This document shows positions 36,384 to 49,235 of a stretch of DNA of 64,000 bases, in pieces. Both the position numbers and the translations under genes were made by a program. A model generated the notes under the pieces. That model saw nothing but the letters and a program-made list of their open reading frames with translations. It did not search any database and had not been told where the DNA came from. This DNA is from Lytechinus pictus (taxonomy: Eukaryota), in assembly GCF_037042905.1 (NCBI RefSeq), contig NC_087250.1, positions 16,432,001 through 16,496,000 of the forward strand. Reading direction: 5' to 3'. Position 1 is the stretch's first letter. Each line of letters starts with the position of its first letter.

Positions 36384-38607
36384 AAAGAAGTTGATAAGCA
36401 AGCCTCTGTACAACCACATATTTATCATGTTCATTGATTTAATGTAAAACATCCAACAAAATATTGTAAAAATGTAAGCAGCTTTGAAAGAAAATATTGT
36501 ATCATGAATATGTTATTTCACTGTAAAAGATTTTTTCACAGTGAATATGGATAAAAATTCCATTGGATTGTTCTGATATTCTGAAAATACTGAATATATG
36601 GAATAACAATACTATGATTGTCCGAATCCAGGATAGTTTCTCAAAGAAAATACAGAATTAATTCAAAACATTATAAAGTAAGGAAAAATAAATAAAACAA
36701 TTAAGTATTAATAACCTTTAAAAATTGCTTTCACAGATGGGAAACAACTATGATAAATAAGTTTCCACTTTATGTTTGAAATAGCAGATATATAGATTCA
36801 CTAAATAACAAAATGCCAAAAGAAGGTATAGACTAAGATGAATAGTATTTGCTATAAATGTATATTGGTATATACTATGATTTTTTTTAAATAAATACAT
36901 TAAGTTGAAATGTGGAACAACCAGTATTCATCTATGTATGCATACAATCTCATGTAAAAAGAAGAAGAAAGGTGATTTTTATTTTAGTACATTGATGTAT
37001 TTATTGTATCATTCATTCAAACATCACAGACCACAGATTATTTGCCACAGATATACGCATGGCATGTGGTGATACAATTCTTAAGACATGACATTTTAAT
37101 TGACAGATTGTACAATGAATAATACTCAAACATTAAAACATCCAATATGTAGATAGTGAAGTAGACATAGGCTTGTGAAACTAGAGAAAGTGGAATATAT
37201 AATGACTTCATAGCTTGTATAGAAAGAGTAGTCATTTTCAAGTTTGACAGTTTTGAAATAGAATGATGATATAAAAATATTAATACGAGAGGAAAAAAAA
37301 CACAAGTTGTGACATTAAAAATGTCCTAATTAAACATAAAGAATATTTTTTGAATTATATTCAGAACGAAATGGAAATAAAATACATGATTCCATTCATT
37401 CACTTTATACAATTCTTGCAGTCATTAAGCATAGTTTTAAGTGCTTGAGCTCGTATGTCCGCATAATCATGATAATTGGACGAGCAATCGAGTGGATCAA
37501 TTGCCTACGAAGTCTTGCATTGGCGCCATCCAATCGACATGGAAGTTATTCGAGAGCTGGACACGCACAATGTCTTTGTATCTGCCTCGATAACGTATAT
37601 TCTAGTTTTCTTATAATTGTGTACAGAAAAGATGAACATTTACATCCGTTATTAACTCACCATAAATGAAAATAAAACATCACGGATAAAAAGGTAAGAT
37701 ATCGTAGGCGTATGCGTCAACAGAAATGATAGTCGATTGCTTTTCATTTGAGAAAATATGAAACTATTGAATTAGAACAACAGAGGATAGACCAAATTAA
37801 GCGTTTGTTCAGTTAATAAAATTATCTATCAAAGTGATTTTATTATAAGCAGTGAAATGAGCATTGAAGAATTGTTTTAACTATAGCAAAAACTATATAC
37901 ATGACTCGCAAGACATTACATGCTCTGGTTGTAATGTTCTATTATAAAACTTATTTGATAAAACGAACCAACACCAAAGTGCTATTAAATGAGACATTAC
38001 AAGCTCTGCCAGTCTGCTGTTTATGCAGGTTCCTTTATATTTCACTTTATTTACTGCCATAATATTATGTATGTTGTATGCTATATGAATTTCTTGTATT
38101 ATGTTGTTATTAATGTTGTGAACTAAGAAAATAAATTCAATTCAATTCAAGTATATTCCTATAGGGCCAAATAATAACTCCTCCGATCAATGTTAGTATT
38201 ACGATCCTTAATTACACTGTAGCATACAATACACGAGAAAATGTACCACTAAGATGCATTATACAGTGGTCTGAGCTCAAAATTATCATCATATCATTTT
38301 ATGATTTTTTGTATCAGTTTGAAAGTTTGAGAGGATATCTCTTTTAAATGATTGATATACCATATAGGCCTACACCTAAGAGCAAAACCTGAGTCTGGTA
38401 ATCAAAACTAGGCTTTCCCCTATAACAGAAATACAGATCGGAAAAGTCAACGTGAATGCTAATCTAAATCATCGATGATGGTCTATGTTGTATCTTGAGT
38501 TATTATATAGTAATATAGTATATAGTTATATAGTATAGCTCAAATGAAGAGGCAGGATTAACAGTGATATTGCGATGAAAGTTTAATGTGCACCTGAATG
38601 AATCAAC

Positions 38608-39379
38608 CCGGGGGGGGGGGGTACTCGACCAAAAAAGTAGTAGGTACGATCCGCGGGTGAGACAAAAAGGGGCATTGGAGCGGGCTTATTGTAAAAAAAG
38701 AGGGTCCTCGGAACGGGCTTTGGAACTACAAATGTTTGTGAACACGGGGGTTCTTGGAACGGGTCGCCTGCGTGTGCATTCCAATGGAACGGGCATACAT
38801 ATGTGCATGCAGCTAGCCCGGCGGCACGGGCGCCGGGTGCGCTAGCGCAGAGGCGATGGTCGGACAGCGCTTTGTGGCGCTTTTCACCAAAATAGCATTG
38901 GAGCGGGCTTATTGTAAAAAAAGAGGGTCCTCGGAACGGGCTTTGGAACTACAAATGTTTGTGAACACGGGGGTTCTTGGAACGGGTCGCCTGCGTGTGC
39001 ATTCCAATGGAACGGGCATACATATGTGCATGCAGCTAGCCCGGCGGCACGGGCGCCGGGTGCGCTAGCGCAGAGGCGATGGTCGGACAGCGCTTTGTGG
39101 CGCTTTTCACCAAAATAGCGGCTCATCGTAGCAGATCAACGCAATCTGAACGGGGTAACACAAAAAATGCGAAGCTTTGGAGCGGATATCTTACTTCTTT
39201 TTTTCTCGATAAGAAGAAAATGCTATGCTTTGGAGCGTGTTTTTTTTTTGGTTCTTTTTTTCTCAATAGACAAAATTGCTACGCCTTGGAACAGAAATTT
39301 AAGTGTAAAATTGGGGTCCCCTCCGCGGCAGATACCCACTATGCATTATATACTGAGTGCCCCCCCCCCCTCCCCCAGG
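38608..39379. mobile_element. MITE with CCGGG-type ends and an internal 223-bp tandem duplication
   Basis: TSD gaatcaac (38600-38607, 39380-39387); IR ggggtactc / gagtgcccc. Confidence 0.75.
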
Positions 39380-40018
39380 GAATCAACATGAAGAACAGGC
39401 ACAGCCCGAGATTGGAATCCGTAAGAATATATGAATACCCAAGACATCTAATTTGGTGCTTATCTCATTAAATTTTAAACCACGATCATGCGCATAATCT
39501 TCTGAACATGCGCAGAGTGGAACTACGATCTGGCTAATACATTTTAATGTATATGGATAACTCTAACTTGACATGCCAGGTGATGTGGATACGATATTTT
39601 GAAAGAGCATGGAGGAAATAGGTACAATGCAGGGAAACAAAGGAAACATATAATAAAAAAGGGTAGAGAAATATAAAAGGATGGGTGAAGAAAAATAAAA
39701 AAAATGATATCAGAAATGATGAAAAGGCAAATAGATGAATGAATTGAATTTATTGAATTTCCACAATCAAAATAAAAGTGTACAAAGTAAGCATATTATA
39801 GTGCAGTGGAGGGGATAACAAAAGTAGAATTACTTATCTAGGTTATCCCCTTACAAAACAACAAGTACACATAAAACATATAAAATTATACATTTCAATG
39901 TAATACAACAAAAAAAATCACTAAGTAAATAATTTACAATTACGGTAAACATAATCATGTACATACACACACACACACCCACGCACACACTTACACTCGA
40001 TACACATGCAGGAAAATC

Positions 40019-43000
40019 CTATCTCTTATCGCGCTGTAACAAAAAGTGCCTATATCTCCTTTTGAATGAGTTCAATGTTGGTTTTTCTCTTAAAATTACT
40101 TCAATATTGTTCCAAATTTCTGGACCTTTAAAGAAAATATAAAATTTTGAGCTGTTTGTTCTTGTTTGGGGAAAATGATATTTACTGGATGATCTTGTAT
40201 TATAATTGTGAAAATCAGAATTGAATTGAAAATATTTTGAAATTTGAATGGGAATTTTATTTCTGTAACAAAGATACATAAAAATTGCAATATTATAGAG
40301 ATTTAAATCATAAATATTCAAAATCTGTAATTGAGAAAAAAGTGGCTTCGAGTGGGCAAGATAAGACGACTTTGTAATGATACGGACAACCTTTTTCTGC
40401 AATAGGTAGAGTCTGTTTATATATGAGCTATTTGAATTACACCAGGCTATATTACAATAGTTTAAATAAGGTAAAATAATTGCACTGTATATAGTCATCA
40501 ATATGAATTTTGGCAAGAATCGTAATCTGTTGATAATACCAACTCCTTTGGAAACTTTGTTACAGACGATACCAATGTGTTCATGCCATGTTAATTTGTT
40601 GTCTATTGTCACCCCTAAGAATGTTAATGAAGATACTAATGAAATTTTTTTATCCCCCATATTTACATGAAATTGAGTATCTAAATGCTTATTCGTAAAT
40701 ATCATATAATTTGTTTTTTTAATATTAAGTACTAGTTTATTTACAGATAACCATTTATCTAAAAGTACCAATTCACGATTAAATTTATCATTTAGTAACT
40801 GTGGGTTTGTATGTGACATGAAAACACTGGTATCATCTGCAAACTGAATAAAATCAAGATGACACGATACATTGTAAATATCATTCATATAAATAAGAAA
40901 TAACAACGGGCCTAAAATTGAACCCTGGGGCACTCCACATCTGCTGCATTCTGTTTCGGAAGTAATATTGTTAACATATACAAACTGTTTACGATCAATT
41001 AAATAGCTTTGACACCAATCTAATAACACACCCCTTATACCATAATTACTGAGTTTGTGTAACAAAATAAAATGATCAAGAGTATCAAAGGCTTTTGACA
41101 AATCAAGAAATAAACCCAACATAATTTCTTTCTTGTCAAAACAATTGCTAACTTTATGGATGAACTCAAGAAGTGCAGAAGATGTGGAATGCCCCGGTCT
41201 AAAACCATACTGATGTTCTGAAATGATATTACATTTTTCAAGAAAGTCATATAACCTGGAGTAAAAACACTTTTCAAGAATTTTAGAAAAGACAGGAAGA
41301 ACAGATATGGGTCTATAATTACTTACATCATTATGAGCACCACCTTTGTAAACTGGAATTACTTTGGATATTTTCATTTTATCAGGAAATACACCTTTGG
41401 CTATAGACATATTGAAGATTTTACAAAGAGGAACACAAATGACATGAATAACACGTTTAACAACATATATGTGTACATTATCAAAACCAGGACTGGAATT
41501 CTTTTTCAATTTACAAACTATTTCAATTATTTCTTTACAAGTGACAGGTGGAAAAAATGCAGTTTTCACATTGTTCTTTAAGAATGTTTGATAATTTACA
41601 TTAGAATATTGCACATTTCCCCTTAAGTTGTAACCAATGTTGACAAAATATTCATTGAATATGTTAGAGATTGCAGATTCATTTTGAATCAAATTATTAT
41701 CATGAGAAATTTCTACTATTTTCTTCCTATCTTTCTTTTTTGTACCAAGTATGTCTTGTAAAACATTCCATGTTTTCCGCATGTCACCCATAGCATTATC
41801 AAATTTATGTTTATAAAAGTTATGTTTAGCTTTTTTTAGGTCATTGTTCAACTTGTTTCGAAACTTCTTATATTTTTCGTGTCTATAAGCTGTTCGATTC
41901 TGAAGATATTTTCTATATAACTTGAATTTTTTATTGCACATAATACTCAGTTCCTTTGTGATCCATGGTTTGTTTTGTTTGCTCTTTTTTATTTTTACAG
42001 TTTTAATAGGGAAACAATCATGATAACATTCTAAAAATTGATGTAGGAAACAACTGTAACTATGATTTGGATCTTCATTAATAATCCATTTAATATTCTT
42101 GAGTTTATCCATAAACCTACCTATATTCACTTCACTAAGGTCACGTTTTTCAAAGGAATATGATTGACTTTTATTCTTTTCTTTTTTACAAATACTAAAT
42201 ATAGGTAAATGATCGCTGATGTCTGCAATCAAAACACCTGACATAATATGTACAAGTTTATTAGTAAAAATATTGTCTAAAAGGGAACTTGTATTATGAG
42301 TGGTACGTGTTGGAAAATATATTAACGGATACATAGAATTGATCATGAGAATATCTAAAAATTCGTCAACTGTTGAACTATTAAGGGAATTCATTAGATC
42401 GATATTAAAATCCCCAACTAAGAAGAGATCTTTATTTTCTTTATTAATAGATTCTAGAATAACATTCAGCATTCCAAGAAAATGAGGAATAGATTGACCT
42501 GGAGGTCTATATATTGAACCAAATACTGTTTTTTTTTTATAAGTATTAAATTCAATGAAAATGGATTCTATACAATCATTATTCACATCAAGATCTTTTC
42601 TATGTATAAAGTTAAGATCATTACGAATGAAAATCCCTACACCACCTCCTTTTTTCTTTTCTCTTGATTTTCCAATAAATACGTACCCACTTATATTAAA
42701 TGGTATATCATCAGGTTTTAACCAAGTTTCAGAGACTCCTATTGCACAAAATGTAAAATCTAAAATACTAAGTAGAGATAAAAGAGAATCACCATTTTTA
42801 AATATACTTCTACAATTTACATGCATGCATGAAAATACATCTCTTAATTCATTCAACTCCAGATTATTAATGCAACTATTGAATTCCTCAGGTAAGTATA
42901 CATGTAACTCTTTGGCGGGCTCACTATCACAATCTTCATTCAAACTTGGAGATAAAAATTGTTTCAATTTAGAAATATTTACGCCATGAACAGAATTGCT

Positions 43001-43021
43001 CGAACTGTCAGAAATAGGCAT
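40019..43021 (-). CDS. LINE ORF2p: APE endonuclease + reverse transcriptase, 1000 aa
   Basis: HVNCRS, SETW, IYRPP, GDFN, LDNIF, SDHLP; NYRPISVL, FLDLSKAFD, GVPQGSILGP, FADDT. Confidence 0.97.
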   Translation of the reverse strand: MPISDSSSNSVHGVNISKLKQFLSPSLNEDCDSEPAKELHVYLPEEFNSCINNLELNELRDVFSCMHVNCRSIFKNGDSLLSLLSILDFTFCAIGVSETWLKPDDIPFNISGYVFIGKSREKKKGGGVGIFIRNDLNFIHRKDLDVNNDCIESIFIEFNTYKKKTVFGSIYRPPGQSIPHFLGMLNVILESINKENKDLFLVGDFNIDLMNSLNSSTVDEFLDILMINSMYPLIYFPTRTTHNTSSLLDNIFTNKLVHIMSGVLIADISDHLPIFSICKKEKNKSQSYSFEKRDLSEVNIGRFMDKLKNIKWIINEDPNHSYSCFLHQFLECYHDCFPIKTVKIKKSKQNKPWITKELSIMCNKKFKLYRKYLQNRTAYRHEKYKKFRNKLNNDLKKAKHNFYKHKFDNAMGDMRKTWNVLQDILGTKKKDRKKIVEISHDNNLIQNESAISNIFNEYFVNIGYNLRGNVQYSNVNYQTFLKNNVKTAFFPPVTCKEIIEIVCKLKKNSSPGFDNVHIYVVKRVIHVICVPLCKIFNMSIAKGVFPDKMKISKVIPVYKGGAHNDVSNYRPISVLPVFSKILEKCFYSRLYDFLEKCNIISEHQYGFRPGHSTSSALLEFIHKVSNCFDKKEIMLGLFLDLSKAFDTLDHFILLHKLSNYGIRGVLLDWCQSYLIDRKQFVYVNNITSETECSRCGVPQGSILGPLLFLIYMNDIYNVSCHLDFIQFADDTSVFMSHTNPQLLNDKFNRELVLLDKWLSVNKLVLNIKKTNYMIFTNKHLDTQFHVNMGDKKISLVSSLTFLGVTIDNKLTWHEHIGIVCNKVSKGVGIINRLRFLPKFILMTIYSAIILPYLNYCNIAWCNSNSSYINRLYLLQKKVVRIITKSSYLAHSKPLFSQLQILNIYDLNLYNIAIFMYLCYRNKIPIQISKYFQFNSDFHNYNTRSSSKYHFPQTRTNSSKFYIFFKGPEIWNNIEVILREKPTLNSFKRRYRHFLLQRDKR

Positions 43022-43214
43022 TTATCCCACAATACACATACATTCACACACCTACATACAAATGCATACAATAAATAGATAAAATAAATAATGAGTAATT
43101 AGTAATAAGTAAGAAAATATGAAAAATAGGAAATAAGAACCAGAAACCTTCAACATACTTAAAAAATGATTGCAAGCTATACTTCAGGATCAAACAGAGT
43201 TCCAATCTAATACA

Positions 43215-44072
43215 TTACAAAAGTTCAAGGTCTTTGGTAGAGGTGATCATTTTTTTTATTTCATGTCCATTTGTAGTCTTGATGGAAGCAAATATCCTGC
43301 CGTCCAAAGACCAGGAGGAACTCACTTTTTGGTGCTTGAAAGTTTGTGACAAGAGATGATTGTTGTACTTCGTCAGATCCTCTATCACAACTATCCCAGA
43401 GTTCTTTAACTTACTACGCTTCTTGATGAATTCATACTTGGTCTTATACGACATAAATTTCACGATGATTGGGCGTGGTTTGTGGGTTTCCTTGGCAGCA
43501 CTAGCATATGAGTTTTCATGTGTGGACTGGAGATTCTTTTTTCCAATGCGATGTGAGCGATCGATGTCCTGTGAAGAGATGTGGATACCAATACGTGATG
43601 CTACTTCTTGCACGACATTATCGGTAACTTCATTGGCATTTTCTTTTATTCCCAAAATTCTGATGTTACTTCTCCTGGAGTATTGCTCAAGGTTGTTCAA
43701 TCGAAGTGACAATTCCTCAACAGATTCTTGCGTAGATTGCATCTTTTCTTGGATTCGTTGGAGATCATTGATTTTATCATTATTTGATGATTCACATTTA
43801 CGAAGAGCATTCATCTTTTCATCTAGCATTTCCTTCAATTTGTTTTCCCGTTCTTGCATATGTTCATCGAGCTTGATACGCTCTGTTTCCATGGCCTTAG
43901 CTACCGCAGACTGAACAGCTATATCTATTCTTTCAAGAAGATCCTTAGTCGAATCAAGGTTACCAAGAGATGGCGCCTCATCAGATTTATCTTCCTTACA
44001 TTCTGAAGAACATGCTACTTTTGATATAGTTTTCTGAGATTTATTGCTGGAAGTGGAACGAGTATCAGGCAT
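43215..44072 (-). CDS. LINE ORF1p (coiled coil + RRM), 285 aa
   Basis: LEQYSRRSNIRILGI, IDRSHRIG, RPIIVKF, EDLT motifs. Confidence 0.92.
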   Translation of the reverse strand: MPDTRSTSSNKSQKTISKVACSSECKEDKSDEAPSLGNLDSTKDLLERIDIAVQSAVAKAMETERIKLDEHMQERENKLKEMLDEKMNALRKCESSNNDKINDLQRIQEKMQSTQESVEELSLRLNNLEQYSRRSNIRILGIKENANEVTDNVVQEVASRIGIHISSQDIDRSHRIGKKNLQSTHENSYASAAKETHKPRPIIVKFMSYKTKYEFIKKRSKLKNSGIVVIEDLTKYNNHLLSQTFKHQKVSSSWSLDGRIFASIKTTNGHEIKKMITSTKDLELL

Positions 44073-45893
44073 AGTTCTAGATGTATGTGCTTTGAATTTT
44101 TACAAATAAATATAAGAATGAATCAGAAGAATGCAATCGGAAGACTAAACCACATGTAGTTGAGGAAATGTTTGTATTATCCATCATCAGAAGAAAGATT
44201 ACGTGGGACTGAAGTGAAGATTCAGCAAAAACCATGACAGCTTGCAGATATAAAATATTGGTTCCTGGTTCAAAATTAAGTTCAAAACTTATTTACATGA
44301 TGGTAGAAATAATCCAGTAGGCTAAGAATGATAAAAACACAAGTTCATTCCAGATTTAATAGAGAATATCACGAGAAACAAAATCCTGCAGTGTTTGCAT
44401 TCACCAGATACTTTTTTATATATGATAGATGGGGGGAAAGGATAAGGAAAGAAAACAATATATATATTTTTGTTAAGTCAAGAAGGAAAACAAATGCATA
44501 TGAAAAATAAAAAAACGATGAAAAGAAATAAAGACGGATAGAAAAGGAGAAAGAAAGAAAGAACATAAAGAAAAGAGCAAGAAATATATAGTTCGAGAAA
44601 AAGAAGGAAGAAAGAACTGGGAAAATGAGAATATGTATAAAACTTTGAAAAAATGGATAAAAGAATTAACGAAAGGAGGACATGGACAGAAATTATAGAA
44701 GGATGAAAAGAAACGGGATAGCCGATAGGAAAAATGCAATACAGTTTTTCTATCGTTTTATCTCATCAGTGAATTATGGTTTCCTAAAGATACGACATGA
44801 GTGAAACGTGCACAGCGAGGTAAATACAAATGAATCAAAGAGAAGACAGAGAATGGGGGAAATATACAAACAAATAAAAAAGAGAGAAGAAGAAAAAGAA
44901 AGAAGGGGGGAACGAAGAAAAATAAGAGAATGAAAAGTTAAAAAAAGTGTAATGAGCTAGAATTGAGAAGATACTGAAACCAAGGAGAAAAGGCGAACAA
45001 ATTAAATTGAATGAAGAAAGAAAGAGAAGAAGAATAAGAAAACAAGAAAAGTTACACGGGGGGGGGGGGGGAAGTAAAATAGATTTCAGCCTGGAATGGG
45101 CATGAAATGAAATGAATTGATATCTTTTCTTCTTGAACATCCCAGCCTTACAAAACCGTTTATTACAACCGATTAATTAACGACAATTCACACGAGCCGA
45201 GGAATGTTTTTTTAATCAAAATTGGATGTAAGATGAATATGTTTTTGTTTTACATAATTTCACTAAACAATTTGTTGACATCTCCCTATTATTTCATTGT
45301 GTTTATCTCGATTATAGTGTAAAAAGTCGTGATTGGCCCGTAACACGGTGAATATGTGATTTTGATTTGATTTTATTTTATTCAGACAGATAAATAAAAT
45401 ATTTACATGTCTCGGGTTGCAAAACAAGGTTTAGGAAAACCCATACAAGTTGGCATCCCAGATATATAAAACGAAGTACAAAACATATCGATGACATTAA
45501 CCAAGTAATACAAATACATAATATAAAGGCAGATAAAAGATTAATTGTTAAGTACAACATCAGGGTTACAAAAAAAAATTCTTCAAAATACTAAAATTGC
45601 TTGAAATAAATAACTCAAATGTCTAATTGGAGATGTACTGAGAGATGGTCTATAAACTACTCTTTCGGGGAGTTGATTCCACTCATTGATTGTTTGAGGA
45701 TAAAATGATTTCATATAATAGTCTGTTCTGGCATGTGGAACACTCATCTTAAAATTATTATCATTTCTTCCTATTCTATTCGCTTGTGTGCACCTAGTTA
45801 TTTCACCTACATTAACAATCTTATTTAGTATAAAACAAGTCTATGGTATTTTTTTTTTTTCTAATGAATTCAGTTTAACCTTTTTTAACAATA

Positions 45894-46919
45894 CAGCGCG
45901 TCCCAAAAAAAATGTCCCTCTGACATAGGGCTGAATTAATTCTAAAATGTGGTAGTATTCTCAAATAAATGTTCATGAGTGGAAAGCTCATCTCCTGATC
46001 TAACTTCTATGAAAATTTCATTGGTCACGCTTCAGCGGTTTTGAATACACACTCTGTTAAGTAACAGTGGTGCATTTTTGCCCATTCCAAGTTTGCAGCA
46101 TTGTATTTCTGCTTTGTGTATTACATATCAACTCCGATTTTTACATAAAGGATCTGAGCAGGGATTTTTCCCTTATCATATCCAGGCTCATCAAATCATA
46201 AACCTTGGCATGTTTAGAAGTATAAGAAAAATATTAAAAATTAAGATTGTTTGATGATTGATAAGGGGATCAGTGCAACATCTTAGAAAGAAAATGTGAA
46301 TGATGGATGAGTAAAATAAGCTGAAAAATAAAGGGTAATCCACAAGTTAATCACCCTTTGCGAAAAGGAACTTTACCAGATAAATATTTGACTTTTTTAG
46401 TTACATTGGATTAACTTAACAACAGTAGCTTATTAACTAAAAAAATAATGAAAACATAAATGCAGTATTAGGCATGAATTCGGCATGAAACAGACATGGC
46501 CTGTTGTTCTAATCATTGTGCATCTCCTGTTATCACATGTGAAATGAACTGTCAAATATTGTTTTTGCCCTCCTGAACATGCTAAAGGTTGTGATTTGAT
46601 GAGCCTGGTTAGATCATGGAGATTTCCCTGGTAAGATCAGGGAATTCCTCGGTCAGAACTTTCAAAGGGGGTTGATATACTAGAAAGTGCAGAACACACA
46701 GCAGTGCTGCATACACGCAAACTTGGAATGGGCTGAAAAGCACCACTGTTAATTAATAGACTGTGTATTCAAAACCACTGAAGCGAGATCAATTAAATTT
46801 TTACAGAAGTTAGAACATGATATGAGCTTCCTAAATCCATACATTTCATTGAGAATAATTCTTATTTTTTGAAGTAATTTAGCCGCATATCAGAGGGACA
46901 TTTTTTTTGGGACGCGCTG
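45894..46919. mobile_element. Tc1/mariner-like palindromic MITE
   Basis: TIR cagcgcgtcccaaaaaaaatgtccctctga; TA TSD on both sides. Confidence 0.9.
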
Positions 46920-46959
46920 TACGTTGTAGCTCGTAGACCAATCTTTGCACATCATCCTA

Positions 46960-48146
46960 AAGCCCCTTTCACAATTGACGTACGACCATTTGCGACCTTT
47001 TGGTCGTGCGACAGGCTGCAACAGGCATCAATCGCTAGTCATCTCATAAGATCGCACAGAGGCTTTCACAGTTGCAACAGCTGTCGTACAACAAAACAAC
47101 CAGTAAACCCCGTTGCACGAGTAAGTCGCATATACTCTTGTTGTGCTCGTGCGATCACATGCGAGTGTTGCACGAGGGATTGCGAGTGGAACGGTCGCAT
47201 ACATACGAATGAAACGGTAGTGCAATGTTGTAAGCCGTTGCGATCGGTCTTGCAACAGTCTTATGACCCATATTATCATCGCAACCAGTCGCAAGACAGG
47301 TCTCTGTACATGTAGGTCGCTTGCACATGTGCAAGTGTTGTACGACCTCCAGTCAAGTAAATGCGACTACTTAGTTGTGCCACCCCTCGCACCAAGTCGT
47401 ACAACGTTGAACAACACTCGCACGATGATCGCCCGACCGATGGTACGACCCCGGGTACGGCCTGATGCGAGTGAATCGATCGTATTTGATCGCGTTCGGA
47501 TTTTGAACATGTTCAAAGTTCAGATGTGACCAGTCACGACCACCTCGAGTTCGTGCGACCGTCTACAACGACTGCGAGTGCTCGCAAGACACCAAGAGAT
47601 TGATCGTGCAACACCAAAAAAAAAATGTTGCAGGCGGTCGTAAACTGGTCGGACGTCAATTGTGAAAGGGGCTGAACGGTCGCATACATGCGAAAGCAAC
47701 GGTAGTGGAATGTTGTAAGCCGTAATTTCGATCGGTCTTGCAACAGTCTTATATTATCGCACCCAGTCGCAACACTGGTCTCTGTAGGTCTCCAGCACAT
47801 GTGCAAGTGTTGTACGATCTCCAGTCGACTAAATGCGACTGTACTTATTTGTGCCACCTCTCGCACCAAGTCGTACAACGTTGAACAACACTCACACGAT
47901 GATCGCCCGACCGATGGTACGACCTGTTGCGAGTGAATCAATCGTATTTGATCGCGTTTGGATTTTGAACATGTCCAAAGTTCAGATGCGACCAGTCACG
48001 ATCACCTCCGACCACCTCGAGTTTGTGCGATCGTCTACAACGACTGCGAGTGCTCGCAAGACACCAAGGGATCGATCGTGCAACAACAAGAAAAAACTGT
48101 TGCAGGTGGTCGTAAACAGGTCGTACGTCAATTGTGAAAGGGGCTT
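46960..48146. mobile_element. TA-flanked non-autonomous DNA transposon with a duplicated right half
   Basis: TIR aagcccctttcacaattgacgtacgacc; TA TSD; extra internal right end at 47647-47673. Confidence 0.85.
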
Positions 48147-48995
48147 TACGTACCGTTTTTTAATACGTTCAATCATGTCTTTGTGTGCGGCTCGATAAGG
48201 ATCCCATACCGTACAACAATACTCTAAACGTGAACGAATTAATGTTTCAAAAAGACTTTTCAAAATAGATTTTGGGCAATTAACAAAATTCCTCCTGATG
48301 ATTCCCATAATCCTGTTACATTTTGTATATAAATCCATGCAAAGGTCGTTCCAGTTTAAAGAATCGTTTATTACAAGACCTAAATATTTCTCACATTTTA
48401 CATTTGATAATTCCTGTCCATTAATATAATACATATATGTTATATCGTGATGTTTTCGTGACATATTCATAATTTTACACTTATATACATTAAAATCGAG
48501 CATCCACGCTTCAGACCATTTGCTTAAAACTTCTAAATCGTGTTGTAACGTCTTACAATAATTTATGTTAAAAATTGGGCGATATAATATACAATCGTCC
48601 GCATATAATCGAATAGTTGATGAAACATAATTAGGCATATCATTTATAAAGCATAAAAACAATACCGGACCTAAGATTGTTCCTTGATGAACATCTGATT
48701 TAACTTTGGACCATGAAGAACATTCGCCATTTACTCTTTGATATCTATTCTGTAAAAAAATCATGATCCATTCTAAATTGGGAGAAGTAACATCGTACAT
48801 GTCAAGTTTTGTTCTTAAAAGATCGTGAGGCACACTGTCAAATGCCTTTGCAAAATCAAGAAAAGCAATATGGACGCTTGAACCAGACTCCATATAATAA
48901 CTCCAATCATTAATTGCTTCTATAAGTTGTGTTTCACAACTTCTCTTTTGACGGAAACCTATGTTGATTGTCACATAATATGTTATTTTCGTTAA

Positions 48996-49083
48996 AGAGA
49001 AATGCCAGTAGTTGCATTAAACACTGATTTCGTGAGAAAGTCTGTAAAACAAGGCTTAATTGTCAGTATATCATCGAGGATCT
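48996..49083. mobile_element. Truncated left end of a TTAA-flanked (Kolobok-like) element
   Basis: TTAA followed by agagaaatgccagtag; cut off by the array at 49084. Confidence 0.4.
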
Positions 49084-49195
49084 GGGGACATCCCGATAGA
49101 CCGCGGGTCCGATAGACCGCGGGTCCGTTAGACTGCGGGTCCGATAGACCGCGGGTCCGTTAGACCGCGGGTCCGATAGACCGCGGGTCCGATAG
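49084..49195. repeat. 16-bp tandem array (cgatagaccgcgggtc), ~6.5 copies
   Basis: Direct reading; inverse of 60526-60725. Confidence 0.92.
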
Positions 49196-49235
49196 GGGGC
49201 CGAGGGGGAATTGCCTCACCCCCCACCCCCAGCTC

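Larger units (their letters stand above)
39738..44424 (-). mobile_element. Full-length CR1/L2-group LINE with intact ORF1 and ORF2
   Basis: Two open ORFs; AATAAA plus ttcaa/ttca tail; candidate TSD atagatg (39731-39737, 44425-44431) in a purine-rich tract. Confidence 0.9.
45358..48990 (-). mobile_element. 5'-truncated CR1-group LINE (YADD RT) split by two DNA transposons
   Basis: FLDFAKAFD, QGTILGP, LYADD; C-terminus SFYPQTINEWNQLP at ~45670-45740; (AAATC)n tail. Confidence 0.88.

Noticed and set aside
42555..43914. Plus-strand ORFs of 144 and 184 aa
   Set aside because: Antisense shadows of the LINE ORF2 and ORF1.
47982..48146. C-terminal extension of the 330-aa RT ORF as a novel fusion
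   Set aside because: Chance read-through into an inserted non-coding transposon.
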